Below are positions 8,344 through 17,418 of a DNA stretch of 30,658 bases, in pieces (positions within the stretch are counted from its first letter, which is position 1; the number at the start of each line of letters is the position of its first letter). The position numbers and the translations under genes were made by a program. This stretch comes from Pseudomonadota bacterium (GTDB lineage Bacteria > Pseudomonadota > Gammaproteobacteria > Steroidobacterales > Woeseiaceae): the NCBI GenBank assembly GCA_022360335.1, contig JAKSCZ010000327.1:1-30658 (forward strand). Direction: 5' to 3'. A model generated the notes under the pieces. The model saw only the letters and a program-made list of their open reading frames with translations. It did not search any database and was not told where the DNA came from.

Positions 8344-10881
8344 TTGACCACACTGTCGAAAGACCTGCCATCGAACGCGTTGCCGATTCCGGTCCGGCAG
8401 GACGGCCCGGCAAGCGTTCCGCTGCCGCGCCGCTGGTCGCTGCGCGAGGTCGGCACGGAGCGGTGGCTGCCGGCGACGGTGCCCGGCTGCAACTTCACGG
8501 ACCTCATGGAGGCGGGCGACATTGCCGACCCGTTCGTCGGCGACAACTTCCGCAGCCTGCAGTGGATCGAGGAGCGCGACTGGGAGTACCGGACGACCTT
8601 CTTCCTCGAGCCCGGCGCCGAGGACCTGCACGCCGACCTGGTGTTCGAGGGCCTCGACACCTATGCAACGGTCCGCCTCAACGGCGACGTCGTGCTGGAG
8701 TCGGACAACATGTTTCGCCGCTACCGGGTTTGCTGCGACGGACGGCTGCGTGCCGGCGACAACGAGCTGTCCGTGACGATCCGTTCGCCGCTTGCCGCGG
8801 TGCGGGACCGTCACGAACGCGGCGGAATCACCTATCCCGCCGAGAACGACGATTCCGAGGCCAAGCTGAGCGTCTACACGCGCAAGGCCGCCTGTCATTT
8901 CGGCTGGGACTGGGCGCCGCGACTCGTCTCGTCCGGGATCTGCCGCCCGGCCTACCTGGAAGTCGTCCCGCACTGCCGCATCGCCGACGCCGCGATGACC
9001 GTCGAGCGACTCGAGGACGACAGCGCGACGGTGAGCTTCGCCGTCGAGGTGGACGCGCGCGAAGCGATCGACGGCGTGGTGCGCGTCCTGCGCGCCGGCG
9101 CGGTCGCCGCCGAGGCGCCGCTGGCGATGCCGCCGGGCCGGGCGTCCCGGCGGCTGAGCGTCATCATCGACGAGCCGCGACGCTGGTGGCCTCGCGGCCT
9201 CGGGGAGGCGCACCTTTACGCGTTCGACTTCGAAGTGGTCGCGGGCGAGCGGACGCTGGCCGCGCTGCGGCGGCGATTCGGTCTGCGGACCATTGAATTC
9301 GTCAATCAGCCGGACGAGCACGGCAGGTCCTTCTATTTCAAAATCAACGGGCTGCCCGTTTTCATCCGCGGCGCCAACTACATTCCGCCCGACATGTTCG
9401 CGCATCGCGTGGACGATCGTCCTTACCGGCAGATTTTCGCGGACGTGGTGCAGGCGAACATCAACATGCTGCGGGTCTGGGGCGGCGGCGCGTACGAGTC
9501 GCCGGCGTTCTACGATCTCGCCGACGAACACGGCATTCTCGTCTGGCAGGACTTCATGTTCGCGAACACGCTCTATCCCGCCGACGAGGCGTTCCTCGCC
9601 AACGTCAGCGGCGAAGTCGCCGACGTCGTTCGCCGGCTGCGCCATCACGCCTGCCTGGCATTGTGGTGCGGCAACAACGAAATCGACATGGGCATCGCGT
9701 GCTGGGACTGGCCCGCGAAGTTCGCTTACACCGACGCGCAGTTCGCCGCCATGGTGTCCGCCAACCAGCGGCTCTTTCGGCAGCTCATCCCGGACCTCGT
9801 TGCGACGCACGATCCCGGGCGGGCCGACTGCTACCTGCCGTCTTCGCCGCAGAGTTTCTGGGAGAAACCGTCGACGGCCGGGCAGGGGAACAGTCACTAC
9901 TGGGGTGTCTGGCACGGCGGCGAGGAGTTCCCGGCCTACCGCGAGAACGTGCCGCGTTTCATGACGGAGTTCGGATTCCAGTCGTTTCCCGGCGCCGCGA
10001 CGGTCGCCCGTTACGCAGGGCCCGAAGACTGGGACGTCGACTCGGCCGCGATGCGGGCGCACCAGCGGCACGCCACGGGCAACGAACGCATTACCGAGGG
10101 GATACGGCGCCGCTTCGGCGTTGCGCCGGGGTTCGCGAACATGCTGTACCTGTCGCAGGTGCTGCAGGCCGAGGGGGTCAGGATCGGCATCGAGGCGCAC
10201 CGGCTCGCGCGGCCCTACTGCATGGGAACGGTCTACTGGCAGCTGAACGATGCCTGGCCGGGCGCGTCGTGGTCGGGCATCGACTATTTCGGCCGGTGGA
10301 AAGCCCTGCACTACGAGGTCAGGCGCAGCTTCGAGCCGACGACTCTGTGCTTCGAGGCCGGGCGCAAGACGGTGACGGCGCACGTCGTCAACGACCGCAA
10401 CGAACCGCTGGCCCTGACGGTCGATCTCGAGATTCTGCGGTTCTCGGGCGAACCGGTCTGGGCGGGCCGCGTCGAAGTCGCCGCGGCGGGCGGCTCGGTC
10501 ACCCGGGCCTGGCGCGGAGACGTTGCCGGCCTGGCGGGCGGCCGGCAGCTCGCAGACTGCGTCCTCGTCGGCAGACTGCGCGGCGGCGGCGTGGACGTCA
10601 CTCGCTGCCATTACTTCGGCGCCGTTCGCGGGCGGGCGCTCACCGACCCCGGCGTCGTCGCCGCCGTCGGCGACCGCAATACGCTGCGGCTCGAAGCGAC
10701 CGCATCGCTCGCGCGTTACGTCCGGGTTTCGCAGCGCTCGGACGAGACCGCGAACTTCTCCGACAATTTCTTCGATCTCCTGCCCGGCCGGCCCGTGGAG
10801 ATCGCGCCGCCGGAGGGCAGGTCCGTGCGCCTCTCCGGGCTGAAAATAACGAGCCTCGTCGACGCGCTGCGCGGCGCCTGA
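8344..10881 (+). CDS. GH2 beta-mannosidase, no evident signal peptide
   Basis: ATVPG, LVFEGLDTYA, RKAACHFGWDW, GANYIP, NMLRVWGGG, WQDFMFA, acid/base WCGNNE, nucleophile region FMTEFGFQSFP, and YWQLND...SWSGIDYFGRWKALHY. The TTG start is uncertain. Confidence 0.93.
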   Translation: MTTLSKDLPSNALPIPVRQDGPASVPLPRRWSLREVGTERWLPATVPGCNFTDLMEAGDIADPFVGDNFRSLQWIEERDWEYRTTFFLEPGAEDLHADLVFEGLDTYATVRLNGDVVLESDNMFRRYRVCCDGRLRAGDNELSVTIRSPLAAVRDRHERGGITYPAENDDSEAKLSVYTRKAACHFGWDWAPRLVSSGICRPAYLEVVPHCRIADAAMTVERLEDDSATVSFAVEVDAREAIDGVVRVLRAGAVAAEAPLAMPPGRASRRLSVIIDEPRRWWPRGLGEAHLYAFDFEVVAGERTLAALRRRFGLRTIEFVNQPDEHGRSFYFKINGLPVFIRGANYIPPDMFAHRVDDRPYRQIFADVVQANINMLRVWGGGAYESPAFYDLADEHGILVWQDFMFANTLYPADEAFLANVSGEVADVVRRLRHHACLALWCGNNEIDMGIACWDWPAKFAYTDAQFAAMVSANQRLFRQLIPDLVATHDPGRADCYLPSSPQSFWEKPSTAGQGNSHYWGVWHGGEEFPAYRENVPRFMTEFGFQSFPGAATVARYAGPEDWDVDSAAMRAHQRHATGNERITEGIRRRFGVAPGFANMLYLSQVLQAEGVRIGIEAHRLARPYCMGTVYWQLNDAWPGASWSGIDYFGRWKALHYEVRRSFEPTTLCFEAGRKTVTAHVVNDRNEPLALTVDLEILRFSGEPVWAGRVEVAAAGGSVTRAWRGDVAGLAGGRQLADCVLVGRLRGGGVDVTRCHYFGAVRGRALTDPGVVAAVGDRNTLRLEATASLARYVRVSQRSDETANFSDNFFDLLPGRPVEIAPPEGRSVRLSGLKITSLVDALRGA

Positions 10882-10935
10882 GCGGCGGACGGGCGTCGTA
10901 TTTGCGCAACACTCCGGATTGATCGTCGTTCGGGC

Positions 10936-10965
10936 TGGACTTCCCGAATGTAACCGGTTACATTC
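10936..10965 (+). promoter_or_regulatory. Sigma70-like promoter of the TBDR operon overlapped by a LacI-type operator
   Basis: TGGACT (10936-10941), 17 nt, then TACATT (10959-10964). The perfect 20-bp palindrome GAATGTAACCGGTTACATTC (10946-10965) covers the spacer and -10. Confidence 0.8.
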
Positions 10966-11026
10966 AATCGGCAGGACCAATAAATACCGTGCGCAAAGTG
11001 CGTTAATCATTTCGGGGGAAACGAAT

Positions 11027-13888
11027 ATGTTCCGTTCCAATTTCCGTTTGGCGAGTTTCCGATCCGTCGGCCGCTTCCTGTTGACGGCGGTCTTCGGCTT
11101 CGCGGCAGCGCTGCCTGCAGCGGCGCAAACCGACGACGAGGAGACGATCGAGGAAGTCGTCGTTCTCGGCATCCGGTCCTCGCTGCAGAGCAACATCGAC
11201 CAGAAACGGCTTGCCGATTCGATCGTCGATTCGATCAACGCCGAGGACATCGGCAAATTTCCCGACAAGAACGTCGCCGACGCGCTGCAGCGCGTACCCG
11301 GCGTCTCGATCACCAGAGACGGCGGCGAGGGCGCACGTGTCGACGTTCGCGGCCTGGGATCGAGCCTGACGTTCACGCAGCTCAACGGCAATTACATTGC
11401 CGCCGCCGCCGGCGAACCGACGCGTTCGTTCCTGTACACGCTGTTGCCGTCGAACATGATCGCACGCGCCGAAGTGCTCAAGTCGCCGCAGGCTAAGTAC
11501 GACGAAGGCGGCGTCGGAGGCACCATCGTCCTGCACACGCACAAGCCGCTCGACCGGGACCGCAACAGCGGGTTCTTCACGGTCGAAGCGACGTATGCCG
11601 ACGTGACCGAGGATTTCGAACCGCAGTACAGCGGCAGCTTCTCGTGGAAGAACGACGACGAGACCTTCGGCGTCCTGGTCGGTTATACGCAGCAGTATCG
11701 TCTCAACCGGACCGTCGGTGCGAACACCGAGAACTGGAACTACGTGGCCGACCAGGCGACGTTCGACGCCATGATCGCCTCGGGCGCCCTGGCGGAGGGC
11801 ACGCAGCGCCGCGATCCGATCACCGACGACGCCGGCAACGGCACGACCTATTCCGGGTTCTACATGCCGACGGCCGTCGTCGGCATCGTCGAGGAGCAGG
11901 ATCGCGAGCGCCAGGGTATCCAGCTCAGTACCCAGTGGCGTCCGACCGAAGCGCTCGAAATCGGACTGGACTACTTCCGCTTCGAGCTCGGCAACGACTT
12001 CGAGCGTTACCGTCTGGTCCTGCCCGAATGGAACCTGGGCAACGCGATCGCCCCCGGCGGCGTCGTGCTCGATTCGGACGGCGATTCGCTCGTCAGCCTG
12101 ACGACGGTCGCGCCTGCCGGAACCCGCCTGTCGTCTCCACAGTACGCCGGCGACCGGGTCAGGCGCGACGCGGTGTCGGACACGTTCACGCTCAACCTGT
12201 CGTACGACTTCGACGCCTGGAGCATCGACGCAAAGGTCGGCAGGACCGACTCGGACGGCGGCGACCGCGACCAGTTCTTCAGCGCCATCTACTCGACCAA
12301 CCAGTGGGATTCCGCCAACCCGGTCGTCAATTCGGTGAACAGCTGGACCTGGGACTTCCGCGGTAACGAAGGCGTAACGATCACGAGCAGCGAGGACCTC
12401 GGGGCGATCCAGAACAACCCCGATGCGATTGCGCTCGACAACTTCACGTCGAGTTACGCGGACAGCACCGACGAGGAGACCTACGGCCAGATCGACCTGT
12501 CGTTCGACGTGGACTGGGGCGTCGTCTCCTCGCTCGACGCCGGCGTGAAGCTCCGTTCGCACGAGATCACGCGCCGTGTGCGTACGCAGAAGTGGGACGA
12601 CGCCAACGATCCGGCGGACTGCTCGCGGTTCATTCCCTGGGATCCGCCCGGCTCGCCCTGCCCCGGCTGGATCGGCACCGGTAATTTCGTATCGGATCTC
12701 TCGCTGCATCCCACCGGCCAGACGATCGCGAACCATTTCCTAAGGTCGAGCCCGATGGACAACATCGCCGGCGACGCGCTGAACGTCGCGCCGTTCTCCG
12801 TGTTCGACTGGGACAGCTACCGCTCCTGGCTGATCGGACGCTTCGGTCCGTCGAACATCGAAACGGAGGCGTTCAACGTTTACGAGGTGAGCGAGGACAT
12901 CACGGCGGGATACGTGCAGGCGAATTTCTCGACCGAGCGTATCCGCGGCAACCTGGGCGTCCGGGTCGTCGAGACCGACGTCGACACGCTGGTCTTCAAC
13001 CGCACCTCCGCTCCCGGCGCGCCGACCGACGAGTTCGTGACGCGCTCGGGCAGTTCATCGGACGTACTGCCGAGCCTGAACCTGGCATACGACGTCACCG
13101 ACGATCTGCTGCTGCGTTTTGCGGCGTCGAACGTCATGGCGCGGGTGCCTTACGGGAGTCTCGGCGGCGCCGAGGTACTGATCTTCGTTCCGGCGAGCCC
13201 GGGCGTTCCCGAGGAATGGAACGGCCAGGGCGGCAATCCCGACCTGAAACCCTACGAGGCGACCGCGTATGACCTGTCGCTCGAGTGGTACTATGCCGAT
13301 GCGTCGGCGGCCGGCATTGCGATTTATCGCAAGGACGTCGACAACTTCATCGTTACGGCCAATACCGCGGTGCAAAGAGAAGTCGACGGCGAGATCGTCA
13401 CCATCGATCCGTTCACGACGTCGGTCAACGGTTCCGACGTGAAGCAGGACGGCGTGGAGGTGTTCGTGCAACACGCGTTCGACAACGGCTTCGGCTTCAT
13501 CGCCAACTACACGTGGAACGACAGCGAACAGGCGGAAATCTCGGTCGACGGACAGGTGATCGGCAGAACCTCGGTGGAGGGCGTCGCCGATTTCCAGACG
13601 AACCTCGTGGGCTACTACGAGAACGACCGCTGGAGCGTGCGCGCGTCGTACAACAAGATCGGCGACCGCCCGCTCGGCCTGAGCCGCGGCCTGGAGGTCG
13701 TTGCGGAGGAGTACGACCAGATCGACATCAATGCATCGTATAACTTCAGTGAGAACCTGAACGCGACGCTCTCCGTCATCAATCTGACCGAGAACATTTC
13801 GCGCTCGTATCACGGTGAGCCCAATCGGCCCGCCGGCGTCGTATATCCGGGCCGTCGGGCGTACGTTGGCGTAAACTACAAGTTCTGA
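11027..13888 (+). CDS. TonB-dependent receptor (carbohydrate-type)
   Basis: SD GGGGGA then ATG 11027, rather than the ORF-track start at 10919. Signal peptide, TonB-box-like TIEEVVVLG, plug SINAEDIGKFPDKNVADALQRVPGVSI, GNPDLKPYEA, and a C-terminal beta-strand ending YVGVNYKF. Confidence 0.96.
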   Translation: MFRSNFRLASFRSVGRFLLTAVFGFAAALPAAAQTDDEETIEEVVVLGIRSSLQSNIDQKRLADSIVDSINAEDIGKFPDKNVADALQRVPGVSITRDGGEGARVDVRGLGSSLTFTQLNGNYIAAAAGEPTRSFLYTLLPSNMIARAEVLKSPQAKYDEGGVGGTIVLHTHKPLDRDRNSGFFTVEATYADVTEDFEPQYSGSFSWKNDDETFGVLVGYTQQYRLNRTVGANTENWNYVADQATFDAMIASGALAEGTQRRDPITDDAGNGTTYSGFYMPTAVVGIVEEQDRERQGIQLSTQWRPTEALEIGLDYFRFELGNDFERYRLVLPEWNLGNAIAPGGVVLDSDGDSLVSLTTVAPAGTRLSSPQYAGDRVRRDAVSDTFTLNLSYDFDAWSIDAKVGRTDSDGGDRDQFFSAIYSTNQWDSANPVVNSVNSWTWDFRGNEGVTITSSEDLGAIQNNPDAIALDNFTSSYADSTDEETYGQIDLSFDVDWGVVSSLDAGVKLRSHEITRRVRTQKWDDANDPADCSRFIPWDPPGSPCPGWIGTGNFVSDLSLHPTGQTIANHFLRSSPMDNIAGDALNVAPFSVFDWDSYRSWLIGRFGPSNIETEAFNVYEVSEDITAGYVQANFSTERIRGNLGVRVVETDVDTLVFNRTSAPGAPTDEFVTRSGSSSDVLPSLNLAYDVTDDLLLRFAASNVMARVPYGSLGGAEVLIFVPASPGVPEEWNGQGGNPDLKPYEATAYDLSLEWYYADASAAGIAIYRKDVDNFIVTANTAVQREVDGEIVTIDPFTTSVNGSDVKQDGVEVFVQHAFDNGFGFIANYTWNDSEQAEISVDGQVIGRTSVEGVADFQTNLVGYYENDRWSVRASYNKIGDRPLGLSRGLEVVAEEYDQIDINASYNFSENLNATLSVINLTENISRSYHGEPNRPAGVVYPGRRAYVGVNYKF

Positions 13889-13903
13889 TTCGTTGACACT
13901 GTC

Positions 13904-13937
13904 GCGGGACCCGTCCGTTCGTTCGGACGGGTCCCGC
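13904..13937 (+). other. Intercistronic stem-loop after the TBDR gene (stability element or U-tract-less terminator)
   Basis: Perfect 14-bp stem GCGGGACCCGTCCG / CGGACGGGTCCCGC with a 6-nt loop TTCGTT, followed by AGACGT and no T-run. Confidence 0.7.
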
Positions 13938-13956
13938 AGACGTACTCCATCAGCCC

Positions 13957-15669
13957 ATGCGCCGATTACCGACCACGATTCGCGTGCCTCGAAACCGTCG
14001 CCGGATCGCAGCCATGCTGCTGGCGACGGCGTTGTCGGGGTGCGGCGGCGGCGGCGGTTCGTCCGACCCCCCGCAGACGCAGACGCCGCCGCCGCCGGGC
14101 GGCGGCACCGCCGGTGTCGGCGCTTCCCCGACCTACGTCGATGCGACTCCCGGCAGCGGTATCGCCTACGTCCACGGCTATCTCGTGCCGACGGGGTCGG
14201 AGATGGAGTGGCAGGGCGGCGGCGTCGCGGCGGGCGACTACGACAACGACGGCGACGTCGATCTCTTCGTCGTCAGGGGCGACGTCGGTCCCAACCTGCT
14301 GTATCGCAACGAAGGCAATCTCGTGTTCGTCGACGTCGCGGCATCGGCGGGTCTCGCCTATACGAAGCCGGGGGACCAGAACGAGCGCCTGAGCGGACCG
14401 ACGTTTGCGGATATGGACGGCGATTCCGACCTGGACCTGTTCGTGGCCGGTTTCGAGGGCAGTCCGTCGTTCGTCTTCGAGAACAACGGCGACGGCACGT
14501 TCGCCGACGTCAGCCTCGCGTCGGGCATCCGCTCGATGCTGGCGGAGAATTCGGTCTCGGCGGCCTTCGGCGACTACGACAGGGACGGCGATCTGGATCT
14601 GTTCGTATCGCACTGGGGTACGCCGAGGGACAACACGAATCCGGGCGACACGGAACACCTCTGGCGCAACGTCAGCGACGCGGCCGGCATACGTTTCGAG
14701 AACGTCAGCGTCCCGTCCGGTATCTCCGCGACCATCATCCTGAACAGGCCGGGCGTCCTGGGCGCCGACCGCGACTACACTTTTGCGCCGACGTTCGCCG
14801 ACGTCAACGACGACGGTTTCCCCGACATCCTGAGCGTGGCCGATTTCGCCTCGACGCGCGTGTTCATCAACAATCAGGACGGTACGTTCGTCGACGTCAC
14901 CGATGAGGACGTCATCATCGACGACTCCGGCATGGGATCCGCGGTGGGCGACTACGACAACGACGGCGACCTGGACTGGTTCGTCAGCTCGATTCTGAAT
15001 TCGACCATCGGCTCGGTGATCGGAAATCGCCTGTACCGCAACAACAACGGCGTTTTCGAGGACGCGACGGACGAGGCGGGCGTCGAGGACGGAAGCTGGG
15101 GCTGGGCGGCGTGTTTCCTGGACATGAACAACGACCAGCACCTCGACATATTCCACGTGAACGGCTGGCGGGACCAGATACCGGAAACGAATTTCTCGTC
15201 GGACTACAGCCCGGTGTTCGTGTCGCAAGGCGACGGGACCTTCGACAACGTAGCGGACGAGGCCGGGATCGTCGACCAGGAGCAAGGCCGGGGCCTGGTG
15301 TGCGCCGACTTCGACCAGGACGGGGACGTCGACCTCTTCATCACGCACCGGGACGAGACCAATTCCGCAACGCTGTACCGCAACGACACCGACAACGGGA
15401 ACTGGCTCGCCGTCAAACTGCAGGGCGCGAACGGCAATACCGAAGCGGCGGGCGCGCGCATAGAGATCGTCGCGGGCGGGACGCGCCAGTTGCGCGAAAT
15501 CGTCATCGGCAGCAACTATACCTCGCAGAACCCGACCGAGCAGTTCTTCGGACTCGCGTCCCATGCGCAGGTGGACACACTCACGATCACGTGGCCCGAC
15601 GGCACCCGGGAAACGCACTCCGGCGTGGCCGCCAATCAGCGGCTCACGTATTCGCAAGCACAGCCCTGA
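13957..15669 (+). CDS. CRTAC1-family lipoprotein: FG-GAP/VCBS beta-propeller plus ASPIC/UnbV domain
   Basis: Lipobox LSGC after an Arg-rich N-region, then a Gly/Pro linker. Seven DxDxDG-type Ca-binding repeats and a C-terminal NWLAVKLQG...GARIEI...SNYTSQN...FFGL...ITWPDG ASPIC/UnbV pattern. Confidence 0.9.
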   Translation: MRRLPTTIRVPRNRRRIAAMLLATALSGCGGGGGSSDPPQTQTPPPPGGGTAGVGASPTYVDATPGSGIAYVHGYLVPTGSEMEWQGGGVAAGDYDNDGDVDLFVVRGDVGPNLLYRNEGNLVFVDVAASAGLAYTKPGDQNERLSGPTFADMDGDSDLDLFVAGFEGSPSFVFENNGDGTFADVSLASGIRSMLAENSVSAAFGDYDRDGDLDLFVSHWGTPRDNTNPGDTEHLWRNVSDAAGIRFENVSVPSGISATIILNRPGVLGADRDYTFAPTFADVNDDGFPDILSVADFASTRVFINNQDGTFVDVTDEDVIIDDSGMGSAVGDYDNDGDLDWFVSSILNSTIGSVIGNRLYRNNNGVFEDATDEAGVEDGSWGWAACFLDMNNDQHLDIFHVNGWRDQIPETNFSSDYSPVFVSQGDGTFDNVADEAGIVDQEQGRGLVCADFDQDGDVDLFITHRDETNSATLYRNDTDNGNWLAVKLQGANGNTEAAGARIEIVAGGTRQLREIVIGSNYTSQNPTEQFFGLASHAQVDTLTITWPDGTRETHSGVAANQRLTYSQAQP

Positions 15670-15687
15670 GCGGCTCTCGCCCGATCC

Positions 15688-17418
15688 ATGTGTGCAGCCG
15701 AACGCATTCTCATCCCGTGGATGCTGTCGGCGGCGCTGTGCGCGTGTTCGGCCGATCCGCCGCCGGCGGCGGAGCCGCCGCCCAGCCGCGCCCCGTTCCT
15801 GCTGACGCTCGACGAACTGCGCGGCTGGTCGCCGGACGGCCCGCTGGCCGACGCGCGCAACGTGTCCCGTGTCGTTCTCGCGGAGAGGTTCGCCGATCCG
15901 CAATCGCAATTGAACGGGGATCTCCCGGCCGATGCACGGGTGCTCATCGCGCCGGACGGGATCGACGGCCTGGGCAACTACCTCGATGAGCAGGAACGAT
16001 TCAACCTCTACACATTCACGCACTGGTCGTCGGTCGACGTCCTGAACTGGTTCGGCGGTACGGCCGAGCTGACCGTCAGCATCCCGTCCCGCCCCTGGGT
16101 CGAGGCGGCGCACCGCAACGGCGTCAAGGTCCTCGGGACCGTGTTCTTCGCGCCCGAAGCCTGGGGCGGCGGGGAGGAGGCGGCGATCGGGTTCCTGCGC
16201 CGCGACGGCGCGGGCGGTTTTCCGAGCGCACTCAGGTTGATCGAGATCGCCGAGTACTACGGATTCGACGGCTGGCTGGTGAACCAGGAGACGGATCTCT
16301 CGGGCGCCGTCGAGCGGGCCGGCGACGAGTTTCTCGATTTCATGGCCTTCATGGTCGCGCAGCGACCCGAGGGGATGGAGATCCACTGGTACGACTCGAT
16401 GCTTCCCGGCGGGAGAGTCGATTGGCAGAACGAGCTCAACGGCAACAACGCCAGGTTCCTCCAGGACGGAAACCGCAAGACGGCCGACGCGATGTTCGTC
16501 AACTACTGGTGGCGTCGGGACATGGTGCGCGCCAGCGCCCGGACTGCGCGGGGACTCGGGCGATCGCCGTTCGACGTGTTCACGGGGGCCGATCTGTGGC
16601 CCGGCCGGCGCGCACAGGCGCTCGACCGGATGCCGCGGTGGCTCGACGAGCTGTCGGGAGAAGACGGCAGCCCGATGACGTCGATCGCATTGTTTGCGAA
16701 CAACTTCAATTTTACGTTCCGCGGCAGCGACGAGTACGCCGCGGCGTCCGCGTTTGCCGACGACGCGAACGATGTCGCCGCATTCTACGCGTCGGCGGAT
16801 CGTCTGTTCGGCGGCGACGACCGCAATCCCGCCGTCCGGGACCCGGCCGGTTCCTGGCCCGGGATTGCGAGCCGTATCCCGGCGCGGTCCGTCCTCGATC
16901 GGCTGCCGTTCGCGACCGGTTTCAGTACCGGTCACGGCCGGTTCAGGGCCAGTGAGGGCGCAATCGTCGCCGGCCCGTGGCACGACATGGCCGCGCAGGA
17001 CCTCCTGCCGAACTGGCAGTTCGCGGTGAGCGGCAACCCGGAGACACGGGTCTCTTTCGATTTCGACCGGGCCTGGGAGAAGGGAAACTCCCTGCGACTG
17101 GACGCCAGCCCGCGAAACGGTGCGGCGTCCGTGCCGCTGTTCAAGACACGATTCGAGGCGGAGGCCGGCCTGCACGTCGACGTCGTCTACTCGCTGGCGG
17201 CCGACTACGACGGCGCCGGCCTGTGGCTCGAAACGGCTGCCGGGGAGGTCCGGCGCATCGCGCTCGAGAACACGGGCGGCGCGTGGCGGCAGAAGACGGC
17301 AAGCGTGCGCAGCGACGCCGCCGTGATTCGCATCGGCGTCGATCTGGCCCGGGCCGACGTTCGCGGCGCGTCGCTGTACCTCGGTCGTCTGGCGATCGGA
17401 CAGGCGGGCGGCGCTTGA
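15688..17418 (+). CDS. GH85 endo-beta-N-acetylglucosaminidase, predicted lipoprotein
   Basis: AAHRNGVKVLGTVFF, catalytic YYGFDGWLVNQET (N-x-E), HWYDSM, NELNGNN and DAMFVNYWW. N-terminal LCAC lipobox-like motif followed by a Pro-rich linker. Confidence 0.92.
   Translation: MCAAERILIPWMLSAALCACSADPPPAAEPPPSRAPFLLTLDELRGWSPDGPLADARNVSRVVLAERFADPQSQLNGDLPADARVLIAPDGIDGLGNYLDEQERFNLYTFTHWSSVDVLNWFGGTAELTVSIPSRPWVEAAHRNGVKVLGTVFFAPEAWGGGEEAAIGFLRRDGAGGFPSALRLIEIAEYYGFDGWLVNQETDLSGAVERAGDEFLDFMAFMVAQRPEGMEIHWYDSMLPGGRVDWQNELNGNNARFLQDGNRKTADAMFVNYWWRRDMVRASARTARGLGRSPFDVFTGADLWPGRRAQALDRMPRWLDELSGEDGSPMTSIALFANNFNFTFRGSDEYAAASAFADDANDVAAFYASADRLFGGDDRNPAVRDPAGSWPGIASRIPARSVLDRLPFATGFSTGHGRFRASEGAIVAGPWHDMAAQDLLPNWQFAVSGNPETRVSFDFDRAWEKGNSLRLDASPRNGAASVPLFKTRFEAEAGLHVDVVYSLAADYDGAGLWLETAAGEVRRIALENTGGAWRQKTASVRSDAAVIRIGVDLARADVRGASLYLGRLAIGQAGGA

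Noticed and set aside
8303-8347. 14-codon GTG uORF whose stop overlaps the TTG start of the beta-mannosidase
   Set aside because: SD spacing is poor and the peptide is unremarkable. It cannot be distinguished from chance without ribosome profiling.
10902-10996. TGCGCAA occurring twice around the TBDR promoter (TTGCGCAA palindrome at 10902-10909)
   Set aside because: Too short and not seen at other promoters; insufficient to call a binding site.
14233-14985. Repeated DNA GGCGACTACGACAACGACGGCGAC
   Set aside because: It encodes the FG-GAP Ca-binding repeats of the CRTAC1 protein. It is not a CRISPR array or a mobile repeat.
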